Source: Octopus sinensis (lineage: Eukaryota). Taken from it: a DNA stretch of 64,000 nucleotides. Positions within the stretch are counted from its first letter, which is position 1; the number at the start of each line of letters is the position of its first letter. The stretch covers positions 76,074,001-76,138,000 of the forward strand of contig NC_043000.1 of the NCBI RefSeq assembly GCF_006345805.1. Direction: 5' to 3'. The notes beneath the pieces are model-generated. The model was not told the DNA's origin and did not search any database. It worked only from the letters and a program-made list of their open reading frames with translations. A program made the position numbers and the translations under genes. This document shows, piece after piece, positions 11,989-24,300 of this stretch.

Positions 11989-11991
<3 letters not shown>
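11948..11991. repeat. Perfect 44-bp palindrome
   Basis: tagcaattaaggacaactacttaagtagttgtccttaattgcta is self-complementary with no loop. Confidence 0.95.
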
Positions 11992-12020
<29 letters not shown>

Positions 12021-12022
<2 letters not shown>

Positions 12023-12416
12023 TTTACTCTCTTTTACTTGTTTCAGTCATTTGACTGCGGCCATGCTGGAGCACGACCTTTAGTAGAAAACATCGATCCC
12101 GGGACTTATTCTTTGTAAGCCTAGTACTTATTCTATCGGTCTCTTTTGCCAAACCGATAAGTGACGGGGACATAAACACACCAGCATCGGTTGTCAAGCA
12201 ATGCTAGGGGGACAAACACAGACACACAAACACACACACACATATATATATACGACGGGCTTCTTTCAATTTCCATCTACCAAATCCCCTCACAAGGCTT
12301 TGGTCGGCCCGAGGCTATAGTAGAAAACATTTGCCCAAGGTGCCACGCAGTGGGACTGAACCTGGAACCATGTGGTTGGTAAGCAAGCTACTTACCACAC
12401 AGCCACTGCTGCGCCT
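12021..12416 (-). mobile_element. SINE family 1 copy
   Basis: Homologous along its length to 1206-1594. Confidence 0.8.
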
Positions 12417-12431
12417 ATATATATATATATA

Positions 12432-12463
<32 letters not shown>

Positions 12464-12491
12464 CATACATACATATATATTATTTATTTAT

Positions 12492-12560
<69 letters not shown>

Positions 12561-13050
12561 TGTGTACAGACACACACATATAGATATATTTGTTTTATTG
12601 CTTCTGCGTCTGTTCCATCTCAAGAAAAACCCACAGGGTCGGGAAGGTATCTGACCATTCTTCAGTCAAATCCAATTTTTTTTCTTTAACTTGCTGTGAC
12701 ATGCAAGAAACACTCAATATTTTTCTTTTTCTTTTTTTTTATTATCTTTCTCTTTGGTATACTATGTCGATTCATAGGTAATGCCCAAAAATTTAACGAA
12801 GTATCCTGATTGGTGTAAAATGGTAAATATCTGTAAGTGAAAATATCGTGCTAGCAATAAAGCATTAATGTAACTGCCTGAGAAAGCACACACATGTAAT
12901 GGAGGCAAAATCAAGACTCATAGGTATTATAGATAATCTTTAATAATATCCTATGAATACGAAAATGTCCAAATGTGGGATGCAGAGACATATGTCGCGA
13001 TACATTGATAAAATCTAAAAATTTTCATTCACAAGTCATCTCTGTTATTA

Positions 13051-13120
<70 letters not shown>

Positions 13121-13556
13121 GCGTGTGTGTGTGTATGTACATATGCATATATATTTACATGTGTATACATCTACATGCATATATAGGTCTGCATATGCTA
13201 CTATATATATATGCGTGCATAAGTTTAAAAAAGATTCAGGTAAAAGCCTTGTGGTATGTTATGCAAAGCCCATCTACAATTATTGAATACCGGATGTCAT
13301 CATAGAGTGGAAGTGCTCTTTCTACTGGATATACATTAGGAATTCTATAGCTTATGTAGATGAGTGAAATATCTATGATCTAATCTATCAATCACCCGAA
13401 GAAGCGCATTTTACACCTTTGATGGATGATAGTGGTTACACAATATGTTAATTATATCACCTCACCAATATACTATGAGTGTAAAAATATATCGAAACAA
13501 TTGTAGTGGTTTAAAATAATGTCGTTCAAAATATTTTCTATTATTTATGTTTGCGC

Positions 13557-13590
<34 letters not shown>

Positions 13591-13899
13591 GTGAGGTGCA
13601 TATAAGGTTGCGTATATGCGTTTAACTACTAGTGGGCTGTGTTTTGCCGAGATAATGGAGATAATGAACTTCAAAGATAATACTGATGAAGTCATAATGT
13701 GATGCAGACATAAGTCGGGAGAGATATTCTTATATAACAACTAATAATTCAATTGATTAGCAATAGTTTAACTTTTATTCTAACGGTTATATGAATATTT
13801 AAAATGCGGATTTATCACACATATCCTCCAGTTTATACACAATACACACATTTAATTAGATTTTTATAAATGTTTTTTTTTCGATTTTTCATATATACA

Positions 13900-14444
13900 T
13901 CTAATATAATAAATGCGAAAACTAATTTCTGTGTGTCAGTGTGTCACACTTTTTCAACTTTACTCCTAAAGGCTGTAGCCCAACATATCATGCCATTTTG
14001 AAATCAGGCTGACTCTGTGAGTAAATTAAAAACATTCCGGGCCGAATCCGGACCCACAATCCTGAAATTTTGAATTCCCAAGTTTTCATTACTGTGATTA
14101 TTTTCGGCGATTTTTTTACGTGGCTTTTTGCGACAATTTTTTTGTACGATAACAGGCTAACTCCATGAATAAATTAAAAAATTCCAGGCCGAATCCGGAC
14201 CTGCAATTCTGAAGTTTTGGATTCCTATGTTTTCATTACTGCGATTGTTTTCGGCGATTTTTTTTTACTTTTTTTTTTTGCGATGAATGTGATCATCATT
14301 GGGATATGACTCTGGAGGAAGCAATTGCAGCATATTCTCCGAAACAAGTCAGAGATCTGTTTGCAGATCTTCCCATTCGGGGTCAGTTGCTTAAAAGCTA
14401 TATACTAGCTTAAAAGCCGCCTTGTCGGGCGGTTTTTAAGCTAC
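13900..14444 (+). mobile_element. Non-autonomous Helitron derivative
   Basis: A|TCTAATATAATAAATGCGAAAA 5' end; 148-bp internal duplication (14005/14153); RepHel-like peptide HHWDMTLEEAIAAYSPKQVRDLFA at about 14295-14365; GC hairpin 14416-14433 followed by ttttaagCTAC|T. Confidence 0.65.
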
Positions 14445-15600
14445 TTTTATATATTCTTCATATCCTTGTATTGGATATATAATACAATGAAGCAGGAGGG
14501 AAAGAAAGTATTTGCACGATGCACTACTATTACTATTACACGAGACTCAGCGCTGTATATCAACGGCTCACAGTGAATTGCTTACCAAGCCCAAACTGCC
14601 AATCGCTACAATTCTTTTACTTTATAACAATGAGACAGTCCACATGCAGTCACTTGGCGGGTTGGAATCCTTCCACATCTCTTTTTAGAATCAGTCACCC
14701 CTCACTCTGCTCCAAGTTTTAATATCACTTATGCTTACGGTTCAATTCTAGTGTTTTCGTTCTTCTCTATTTTCTGGTGCTTGAAACGTGTAGTTTCAAA
14801 TTGCTTGGTGGTGGTACCTCAAACGTGTCATACAATATTTCCATGGGGATTTCATTTCTCGTGACTGTTTTTTCCGTGAATCTGCTTTTTTAATTTGGTT
14901 AGTATGTCTTTTATGTTCGACATATATTCTTTTACCAGGAATAACATTCTTCCACTCTGTTTAATAATTTACACCGTCCTCCCAGCTTTCTTTACCATAA
15001 TCTATAGGTTTAAAAAAATCTGTCATCGAACTTGAAGAATTTTGAAGTTTGCTTTTTTTCACTGGATATCAGCTTATCAAAAATAGGTCTGACCTTTCTA
15101 GCACTCCGACTCTTTGTGCATACATCAACACATTGTCACACAGCGAGAAATGTTTCGCATTTGTGTTGCGCATATTTTTTATCGCTTATAGCCTTCAGTA
15201 TTTCCTTCATATTTATAATGAATTTATCGTTTTCCGATTTTAATCTTATGTCTTGTACAGTAACTGGCAGTTCACTAATGACGTTACACAAAACATTTTA
15301 AAATTCATTTTCCGCTCGCAAAGTGGCAATCATGGTATCTTCAAATAGTTCCACATTTTTCGAAGTCAGTCTTGACAGACAATCCGCATGACCCAATTTC
15401 TTGAAATCATAGTTTAATAATATCGTACCCCGGCGTTGAAACCTATTAGCAGTATGGGTAGGAATTCCTTTTTTCGACTTAAATATCGATAATCATGGAC
15501 GCTGATTAGTCTGTAGGCGAAAACTTTTACCGTGTAAAATTTTTTCTCGGCAAAAATAATCGCTAGATCTTCTTTTTCGATTTGACTATAATTTTTTTCT

Positions 15601-15990
15601 GTGGAGGCGCAATGGCCCAGTGATTAGGGCAGCGGACTCGCGGTCATAGGATCGCGGTTTCGATTCCCAGACCGGGCGTTGTGAGTGTTTATTGAGCGAA
15701 AACATCTAAAGCTCCACGAGGCTCCGGCGGGGGATGGTGGTGATCCCTGCTGTACTCTTTCACCACAACTTTCTCTCACTCTTTCTTCCTGTTTCTCTTG
15801 TACCTGTATTTCAAAGGGCCGGCCTTGTCACTCTCTGTGTCACGCTGAATATCCCCGAGAACTACGTTAAGGGTACACGTGTCTGTGGAGTGCTCAGCCA
15901 CTTACACGTTAATTTCACGAGCAGGCTGTTCCGTTGATTCGGATCAACCGGAACCCTCATCGTCGTAACCGACGGAGTGCTTCCAATACA
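15601..15990 (+). mobile_element. SINE (family 2 head + tail Y) nested in Gypsy RNase H region
   Basis: tRNA-like head. 13-bp TSD ataatttttttct (15588-15600) / ataatttttctct (15991-16003). Confidence 0.85.
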
Positions 15991-18133
15991 ATAATTTTTC
16001 TCTGCTGGTGAACCATGAACCACCGCCTTCATATTACCATCTTTATATTTATGTAGCATTACTGCTCCTATACAGTACTCAGAAGCATCAGAAGCTACAA
16101 CAATCTCTACTGCAGGATCGAAGTATACTGGCGACAAATCAGATATAAATAATTTTTTTATTTCGTCAAACGCCTTTTGGCAGTTTTCCGACCAATTCTA
16201 ATTCACCACTTTTTAAAGCAGATAATTCAGTAGAACTCTCACCTTATGCACATTTGGAACATACTTTTGATAATGATTTGCCAATCCTAAAAATGCTTGT
16301 ATGTTCGCTATATTTGTCGCAGGTATATTGTGTCTGCCCTCGACGGGTCCGTTCAACGTCCATTTCTGTCAATGATTTGTCCTAAATATCTTATTTTCGG
16401 TAAGAAAAATCCACACTTTTCATCACTCAAAATAAAGCTGTAATCCCTAATTTTTTTGAACACATATTGACACCTGGATTCGCTTTTAATGAGTATATCA
16501 TCCAGTTATGGAATTGCGAATTCACAGTTCGCTAACATTGCAACCACAATTTGATGAAAAATCGTTGGTGCGACTTTTAAGTCAAATGGTAACCTGTTGC
16601 ATTTATACAGTTCTTTATGTGTGTTAATTGTTAAGTATTTAGAGAATTCATCGTCTACCCTAATTTGTAGGTTCGCGTCAGAGAGATCCAATTTAGAAAA
16701 TATCTTGCAACCGTTTAATTTCGCAAAAATATCCTCCGGAGTAGGCAACGGATAGAGGCACGTTTTAAGACATTCGTTTAAACCAGTGGAAAAAATCAGT
16801 ACACACTCTGATTTTATTCTTGTTCTTGATGTACACAGTTGGTGATGCCCATTGACTATATTTCACTTCTTGGATAGCTCTAATTTTCTCTAGTCTCTCT
16901 AACTCTACGTTTATCTGTTCTTTTTTTTTAAATACTGGTATGGTGTTCTCTTTTATCTGAAACCTCGCCTTCGTTTTGGTACACAGACCTAGTTTTATCA
17001 GCCAGAACTCCAGGAAAATACTTTTTTTTTCAATTCGTCTTACGATTTATTTGTACTAGAGGAAAAACCATTCACATTTTTACCGAAAAGATTTGTGGGA
17101 AGGCCGCATAAATTAAATAATTCCATCCAGTCAGTACCGAATAAGTTTGCTGTATTTACTTTAGCTTTTAAAGTTTTCTCATGAAATGTAATATTACTTA
17201 TCAATTCGCCCTTAAGATATAATATTTTTCCTGAAATAGGCAATTTTCGAAGTTTCATTTAATTAAGGTCTCTCGATTTTTCCCCGTGTATCTGTGTTAA
17301 TTATTGAGATATCGCAGCCTGTATCCAATTGTAACTTTATGTTTGTGTTATTAATTTTTAGAAACACACATTTCATTTGAGGCTCATTCGTATTTTTTGT
17401 CAAGGATAATCAGTTTACGCGATTTTTTGTGTTGGACCGTTTTTAGGTTCTGTCCTACAGTGCAACTTTTTATGGCCCATTTTACCACACATGAAGCATT
17501 TTATATTTTTAAACGAACAGTTATTTTTGAAATGTAGACCACCGCACCCATAACTTGAATTCGGTCTAAACATTTTTCTCATTTTTCTTATTCGTTACCG
17601 GTCGACATGCTTGAATCTAAGAGCAATCTTGCTGTTCAGTTTTATTTGCGTCATGTCTTAGATTAATAATCCCCTGACATTCTTCTGCTACTGCCTGCAG
17701 TGTTAAATTTGGGTTCTGTTCTAATTTTGTTAATATCCGGGATCGTATATCTGCATCTTTGCTTGCAGTAAGCCCTTGAACAAAAATTAAACACTTTGAC
17801 ATGTCCGGAGTTAACTCATTCAGTTTGAATGTCTCAAACTCTCTGTTAACCACTCCGGCATGGGTAACGAAATGTTCATCATCTTTTTTGACCAAATTTA
17901 AACACTGCCAGCGAATTTCTTTCGCTGAAAATTTTCAATAAAATATTAATTGTTTCATCGAAACAAATCTCACCTGGTTTCTTCGGTAGAATATAATTAC
18001 TATATTTTTCGTGTTCGGTAGGGGATAACTTTCTTAAAAGTAGTCGTACTTTTTTCTTGTCGGACCAACTTTTACACTCTTCTTTGAAGATTTCTTCGTA
18101 TCTACGAAAATATGCAGAGAAGGTAATACCTTC

Positions 18134-18540
18134 AAGGCGGCGAGCTGGCGGAACCGTTAGCACGCCGAGAGAAATGCTTAGCGGTATTTCATTTGCCGTT
18201 ACATTCTGAGTTCAAATTCAGCCAAGGTCGACTTTGTCTTTCATCCTTCCGGGGTCGATAAATTAAGTACCAGTTACGCACTGGAGTCGATGTAATCGAC
18301 TTAATACCTATATCTGTCCTTGTTTGTCCCCTCTATGTTTAGCCCCTTGTGGGTAATAAATAAATAGGTATTTCGCTTGCCGTTGCATTCTGAGTTCAAA
18401 TTCAGCTAAGGTCGACTTTGCCTTTCATCCTTTCGGGGTCGATAAATTAAGTACCAGTTGCGTACTGGGTCGATCTAATCGACTCTCCCACCAAAAAAAA
18501 AAAAAAAAAAAAAATTCTGGCTTTGTGCCTATAGTAGAAA
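18134..18540 (+). mobile_element. SINE family 3 with internal duplication, nested in Gypsy gag
   Basis: 16-bp TSD agaaggtaataccttc (18118-18133) / agaaggtaatcccttc (18541-18556). Removing the insertion restores gag PEEGITFSAY. The body is duplicated with a period of about 185 bp. Confidence 0.85.
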
Positions 18541-19819
18541 AGAAGGTAATCCCTTCTTCTGGGTTATAGCTGAATTTTTCAACTAAGTCTGCTACGCTGT
18601 CTGGCGAGTACGATCCTGAAGTATTTTCAGAATTCTTCAACATTAATTCCAGCAACTATTTATTTTGTTGTTGCTGCTGCTACTGCTTTAGGTGCTGCTG
18701 TTGTAGTTACTGTTGTTGTTGCTGCTGTTGCTGTTGCAACTGCACCATGGAGGCCATTAAGTTCTCCATATCAAACGATTTTTTCTTTGATTTCGTAGCT
18801 CCACCAAAAAAAATTTAACGTCTGACGCAAGCTTCGAACAACACGTTACCATTTAATATCTTTGTATGCTGGATATATAATATCATAAAGCGGGAGGGAA
18901 ACAAAGTATTAACACGACGTACTACTATTACACGAGACTCAACGCTCTACATCAACGGCTGACAGTGAATTGTTTACCAACCCCGAACTGCCAATCGCTC
19001 ACTGTCCTTTACTTTATAACAATGAGACAGTCCACTTTCAGTCACTTGGGGTGGGGTCGAAATCCTTCCACAACTATATTATATGTGCATACGTATGTGT
19101 AAGGGAAGGGGGTACATAAGCCATTGTATGACGATGATGTGGACGAATAAAGTATATCTGCTAACAGATCTTCTCTGACTGGATTAATACAGGTAACTGT
19201 CGATAATTATGAATCATAATTAACCAGAAGCTTATTAACTGCATGTCAAAGAACCCTTTGTTGATAAATATCTACGCTCTAATACTGGCAGCTGATTACC
19301 ATTCTCATTTCCAAAGAATGAACTTATGATGCTGTAATAACACTAACTGATTGGTCGAGTTCCTAATTAAACCTCATCCTAGAATTGATATGGTTATGAT
19401 GAACACCACCTGACATTTCAAGAGATCAATTTCAATGCAAACTGATTTTTTCTTCCGAGAGTTCACCAATGCCTGATAAAATAGCAGATAATGCATTGTG
19501 TGCAAATAAATTGCCATGCTACTGAAATATTTATAGCATTAATTGAATGGCTCAACGTCTCGTCAACTTCACTTATTTTATTTCTTTATCACGTGACATG
19601 TGCAGCTAATGTTTAGAGATTGGAGTTGCAGAGTATCTAATTAAGTCAAGATTGCGTCGATTACGCAATTGATTGGATGATAAACTAAGAATATTCATCA
19701 GTATTTGTACATAATAGCCTCCAAGCCAATACATGCTTTAGGCTACGGAATTGATAACTACGATGATTAAGTTCTAAACGTCTAATACACACACACACGC
19801 ACACACAAACACACATATA

Positions 19820-20564
19820 CAGTAATAACTCGATATACGTGTTAATTTGTTCCAGTGGACCGCTCGTTAAGCGAAAACTCGTAAAAGAGGACAATAATTT
19901 CCCATAGCAGCAATGTCATAAATCGTAATTCGTTCTCAGAAAAATGTTTTACCTATAAAAAATTTATAATACTCGTGAATATATGGAAATAAAACAACAA
20001 TAGAATGTATAGAATATTTTATGTAAAACAAAAGGAATGTCAAGATCATTTATAATAAAAAATAGTATTATTATAATCGTTTTCTGAATCCCTTTCACTC
20101 GCACTCACCATCACATGTAGACGCAATTGCTGATTCACAAGCACTCGTAGACGGTCTTGTTGATTTCTTTTAAAATAACAAGTTTAAAGTGTGATGGATT
20201 TTCGTTTCTTATTGTTCCCGTGGGGTCCGTTGAACAATTTCGTTTAGACATATTGGGTGGGTTTTAAAAATGCCGAAAAAATAGTATAAATATACGTATA
20301 CAATATAAACTCTGTGGCACATAGAATTAGCATATAATAATCTCTCTCAACAAAGCGCAAACTAAGTCATTCAAATTTTATACCGTTACTTTACTCCGTC
20401 GTTATATGCATCTGTATAGACGCGTCAGAACCAGAGTTGTCACATGTTACGACGTTGCCGCACACACACAATATGGCTGTTTAACCTTTTTATATTTATT
20501 ATAAAATAAAACTCGTAAAGTCAGGGTCCCGTAAAACGAGTCCTCGTATAGTGAGGTATTACTG
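19820..20564. mobile_element. Tigger/pogo-like MITE
   Basis: Imperfect TIRs cagtaataactcgatatacgtg / cagtaatacctcactatacgag (reverse complement), TA on both flanks, 745 bp, non-coding. Confidence 0.75.
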
Positions 20565-20666
20565 TACCTGTACACACGCATACACACACGTGTGAACTCA
20601 TAGATGAGAACTTATACATGCACTTATATTTAAATACATATACATGCATATAAGTTTATATACATG

Positions 20667-21199
20667 TGTAAGAGTTAGCACTTCCTTCTCTAAGCTTGGA
20701 TTCGAAATCGAATCCAAGAATCATCGGTCGTCAAATACCAATGCATGCAAAGGCGCGAAATTAAGATTCCTTTGTTCTGACAAAAAGTGATTGATCGTCT
20801 CCCTTTGACCTCCGACCTGAGCCATGTCAGGCGAAGTTCAAGAGGACGAACGATGACCTACTTAAACAGTAACTGTGTTGCGATATATCTATTTTTCTGG
20901 CTATTTGAGATTTTATAAATAGAAAGGAAAAAACGGCTACACAGAGAGAACCGGAGCTGACGCTAAAGCAGACACTACACGTTTTGGAGACGACTAGAGA
21001 ATATGCCTACAGGTTACTGTCCTGAATGATTTACTCACACACACACACACACACACACACGCAAACATATTCTTCTTTAATATGTATTCTGTACAAGCAA
21101 TGCGTAGCATTGCTTACAAAATTTATGTAGTGTAAATAAATCTCTATTTAATCACGAAACAACTTAGGTATTTATTAATACATACACACATCCACTACA
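20667..21199 (+). repeat. LTR1 (533 bp)
   Basis: Starts tgtaagag, ends cactaca, followed by the PBS. Confidence 0.95.
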
Positions 21200-21201
21200 T
21201 T

Positions 21202-21212
21202 TGGTGACCCCG
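21202..21212 (+). promoter_or_regulatory. Primer binding site, tRNA-Trp type (second copy 26429-26439)
   Basis: TGGTGACCCCG is complementary to the tRNA-Trp 3' end CGGGGTCACCA, 2 nt after the LTR. Confidence 0.8.
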
Positions 21213-21318
21213 TAAAACGAATTGCGCCTTCCCCGGAACCAGCTTCATCAACCGCGTCGAAGAATTACAGTTTGCACATCACCCGGCAACGAAGCACCTG
21301 AAAATTCCGACGAAAACA

Positions 21319-24300
21319 ATGGACCTCCCGGAACAGAATCCAGCGGCCAACATCATACCTCCGATCGACATGGCATTCCAAGCGGCGATTTCTTTAAAAA
21401 TTCCACCATTCTGGACCCACGACCTTGCATTATGATTTTACCATATAGAGGCACAGTTTGCCTCTCACAGAATACTGAGCGATGCGTCTCGACTTTCGCA
21501 TGTTATCGGTTCTCTGTCGCCAGAAATAACAAACGTTATCCGTGATTTTATCATGGCACCACCCGGTTCTATTTCGTACGAAGTTTTTAAAACCACGTTG
21601 ATAAACAGAACCTCCGAATCGCAACATAAAAGACTTCAGCAGCTTCTGATATCGGAAGAATTGGGCGACAAAACGCCGTCCCAGCTTCGTAGAATGAAGC
21701 AGCTTCTCGGAGATGAGACGCTCCCAGAAAAAATGTTCAAGCAGCTTTTTCTCCAGCGTCTGCCCTCCAATACCCAGGTTGTTCTCGCGTCTACCAGAGA
21801 AAATACATCCATTGAAGAACTGGCGGAGCTAGCTGACAAAATAGCCGAAGTACCGCACAAATATCCAACGGTATCGACGGTGACGCCAGCCGCTCCCAGT
21901 ACCAATCCTTTCCATGCACAAACCAGTTCTTCCGAGATTTCGGACTTGCGTGCATTAATGACGCAGCAAGCTGCTCAAATACAGATCCTCACAGCCCAAA
22001 TACAGGCCCTAAAGCTTAGTCCCCAGCGTCGAAGCACCAGCCGATCGCGACGAGATGGCAGACAGTCCCGAAGCCTCAGTGTTACCCGCAACTCACATGA
22101 CACGTGTTGGTACCACCGAACATTCGGAACACGGGCACAAAAATGAAGGGTACCGTGCTCGTTTTCCCCACCCAGTTCGGGAAATGGCACAGCCAGGAAT
22201 TGAACGCGACGGAAGTTCCTGGCTCGCACCCACACAGTCGCCTGTTTTTCGTTTGCGATCGGGTAACAGGCACGCGTTTCCTGGTTGACACAGGTGCGGA
22301 AGTCAGCATCATCCCAGTCTCCAACACTTCTGGAAAAAGAAAAGAGACATCAGTCTGTCTTCAGGCAGTCAACCATTCACCCATTCCAACCTACGGTGAA
22401 CAGTCCCTAACATTGAACATAGGACTACGCCGCACATTTCAGTGGGTATTCGTCGTCGCTAAACTGCCGACCCCTATCTTAGGAGCCGATTTCCTGCATC
22501 ATTTCGGTCTCCTGGTAGACATAAAGAACAGACGACTTGTCGACACCACCACCAAGCTTACTGTGCGCGGTACAGCCGCTCGAATGGACACAGTCAGCCC
22601 AACTGTAATGCTTACAACAACGACTCGTCACAGTTCCATACTGAATGAATATCCAGACGTCGCTCGACCAGTTTTCCACAACCAGCCGATCAAACACGAC
22701 GTTACCCACCACATCAAAACCAACGGTCCACCTGTTGCTGTCAAGCGGAAATTCCAGCGGAAATTCCAGCACATGCTCGACCTCGGAATCATCCGCACTT
22801 CCAGCAGCAACTGGTCCTCGCCGATACACTGCGTCCCAAAAAAATCATCGACTGATTAGTGGGTTTGCGGCGATTATCGATCGCTGAATAAAAGCACTAT
22901 CAGTGATGCCTATCCGGTGCCTTTTCTTCAAGACTTTTCGAGCTCGCTGCCTGGAGCTCGCATCTTTTCCAAAATCGACCTGGTGCGAGCATACAACCAA
23001 ATCCCAGTCGAACCTGCGGACATCTCAAAGACAGCAGTTACTACACCTTTCGGAATGTTTGAATTCCTGCGTATGCCTTTCGGTTTACGAAACGCGGCAC
23101 AGACATTCCAAAGGTTTATCGACATGGTGACTAGAGGTTTGCCTTTCGTCTATGCATGCATATACGACATACTCGTGGCCAGTAACTCGGACGAAGAACA
23201 TAACCAACACCTCCACCTGCTATTCGAACATCTCCGTCAATTTGGTGTTTTGTTATCAACCCTACTAAATGTTTGTTCGGAGTTGCTTCCCTTCATTTTC
23301 TCGGGCACATTGTCGATAAGAATGGAATTCGTCCCCTTCCCGAGAAGGTCAAGACCATCGTGGATTTTCCACCACCCACATCTCTCCGCAAATTAAGGGA
23401 ATATCTCGGTCTAGCGAATTTCTATCGACGGTTCGTGCCCCACCTCGCTGAAATAGCGCAACTGCTCACGGATTTGCTACGTCAGCGAACCTGCAAAAAT
23501 GCAGATATAGCTCTGACCGAAGATCAACTCGTTTCTTTCGCTGCCCTGAAAAAAGCGTTATCTAGCGCTACCATGTTGGTTTATCCAAAACCAGACGCTC
23601 CACGATGTTTACTCGTTGATGCATCCGATTCCGGAATTGGAGGTGTGCTACAACAGCTTGTTGACGGTATATGACAACCGTTGTCTTTCTTTTCTAAGCG
23701 GTTAAAACCCGCGGAAACCAAATACAGCACATTCAGTCGGGAATTATTAGCGGCATACCTGGCCGTTAAGCATTTCCGTCACATGCTAGAAGGTACCAAT
23801 TTTGCCATATACACCGACCACAAGCCATTAGTATACGCATTTAACACCAAGCCGGATCGCCACTCGCCGAGAGAAATCCGCCACCTCGACTTCATATCGC
23901 AGTACACGACGGATATACGCCACATCAAAGGGACGACCAACTTAGCAGCCGATGCACTTTCACGTGCGCAGATCAATGCTATCCACACCACGTCTACAAT
24001 TGATCTGGCACGTATAGCAGCTGACCAGGAGAATGACGAAGAACTTCTAAAGCTCCGGAATTCGTCATCTCTGAAATTTCAGCATGTTCCGCTACCATCA
24101 TCCACGGCCCATATTTGGTGTGATATCTCCACTGGTTACCAACGCCCTTATGTACCACAGAAATATCGTCGAGAAGTTTTCTCTGCTCTACATTCTCTGT
24201 CACATCCTGGTATTTGCTCCACTCAAAAGCTGATATCGACCCGTTTTGTGTGGACCAGTATCAACAAGGATATCAGAGAATGGACCAAGTGCTGTGTTGC

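Larger units (their letters stand above)
14456..19072 (-). mobile_element. Decayed Ty3/Gypsy LTR retrotransposon (Mag-like)
   Basis: Diverged LTRs 18852-19072 and about 14456-14677 start TGTGGAAGG on the minus strand. TGG follows the 5' LTR and a purine tract aaaaagaga precedes the 3' LTR. Minus-strand fragments of gag (FSAYFRRYEEIF), a CCHC knuckle, protease (LFGTDW), RT (KIFSKLDLSDA) and RNase H (VVASDASEYCIGAV). No TSD found. Confidence 0.88.

Noticed and set aside
14406-14443. Hairpin plus T-run resembling a rho-independent terminator
   Set aside because: Eukaryotic context; better explained as a Helitron 3' hairpin.
15601-15675. tRNA-like sequences at SINE heads
   Set aside because: They continue into SINE bodies with TSDs and lack a proper acceptor stem and terminator; not called as tRNA genes.
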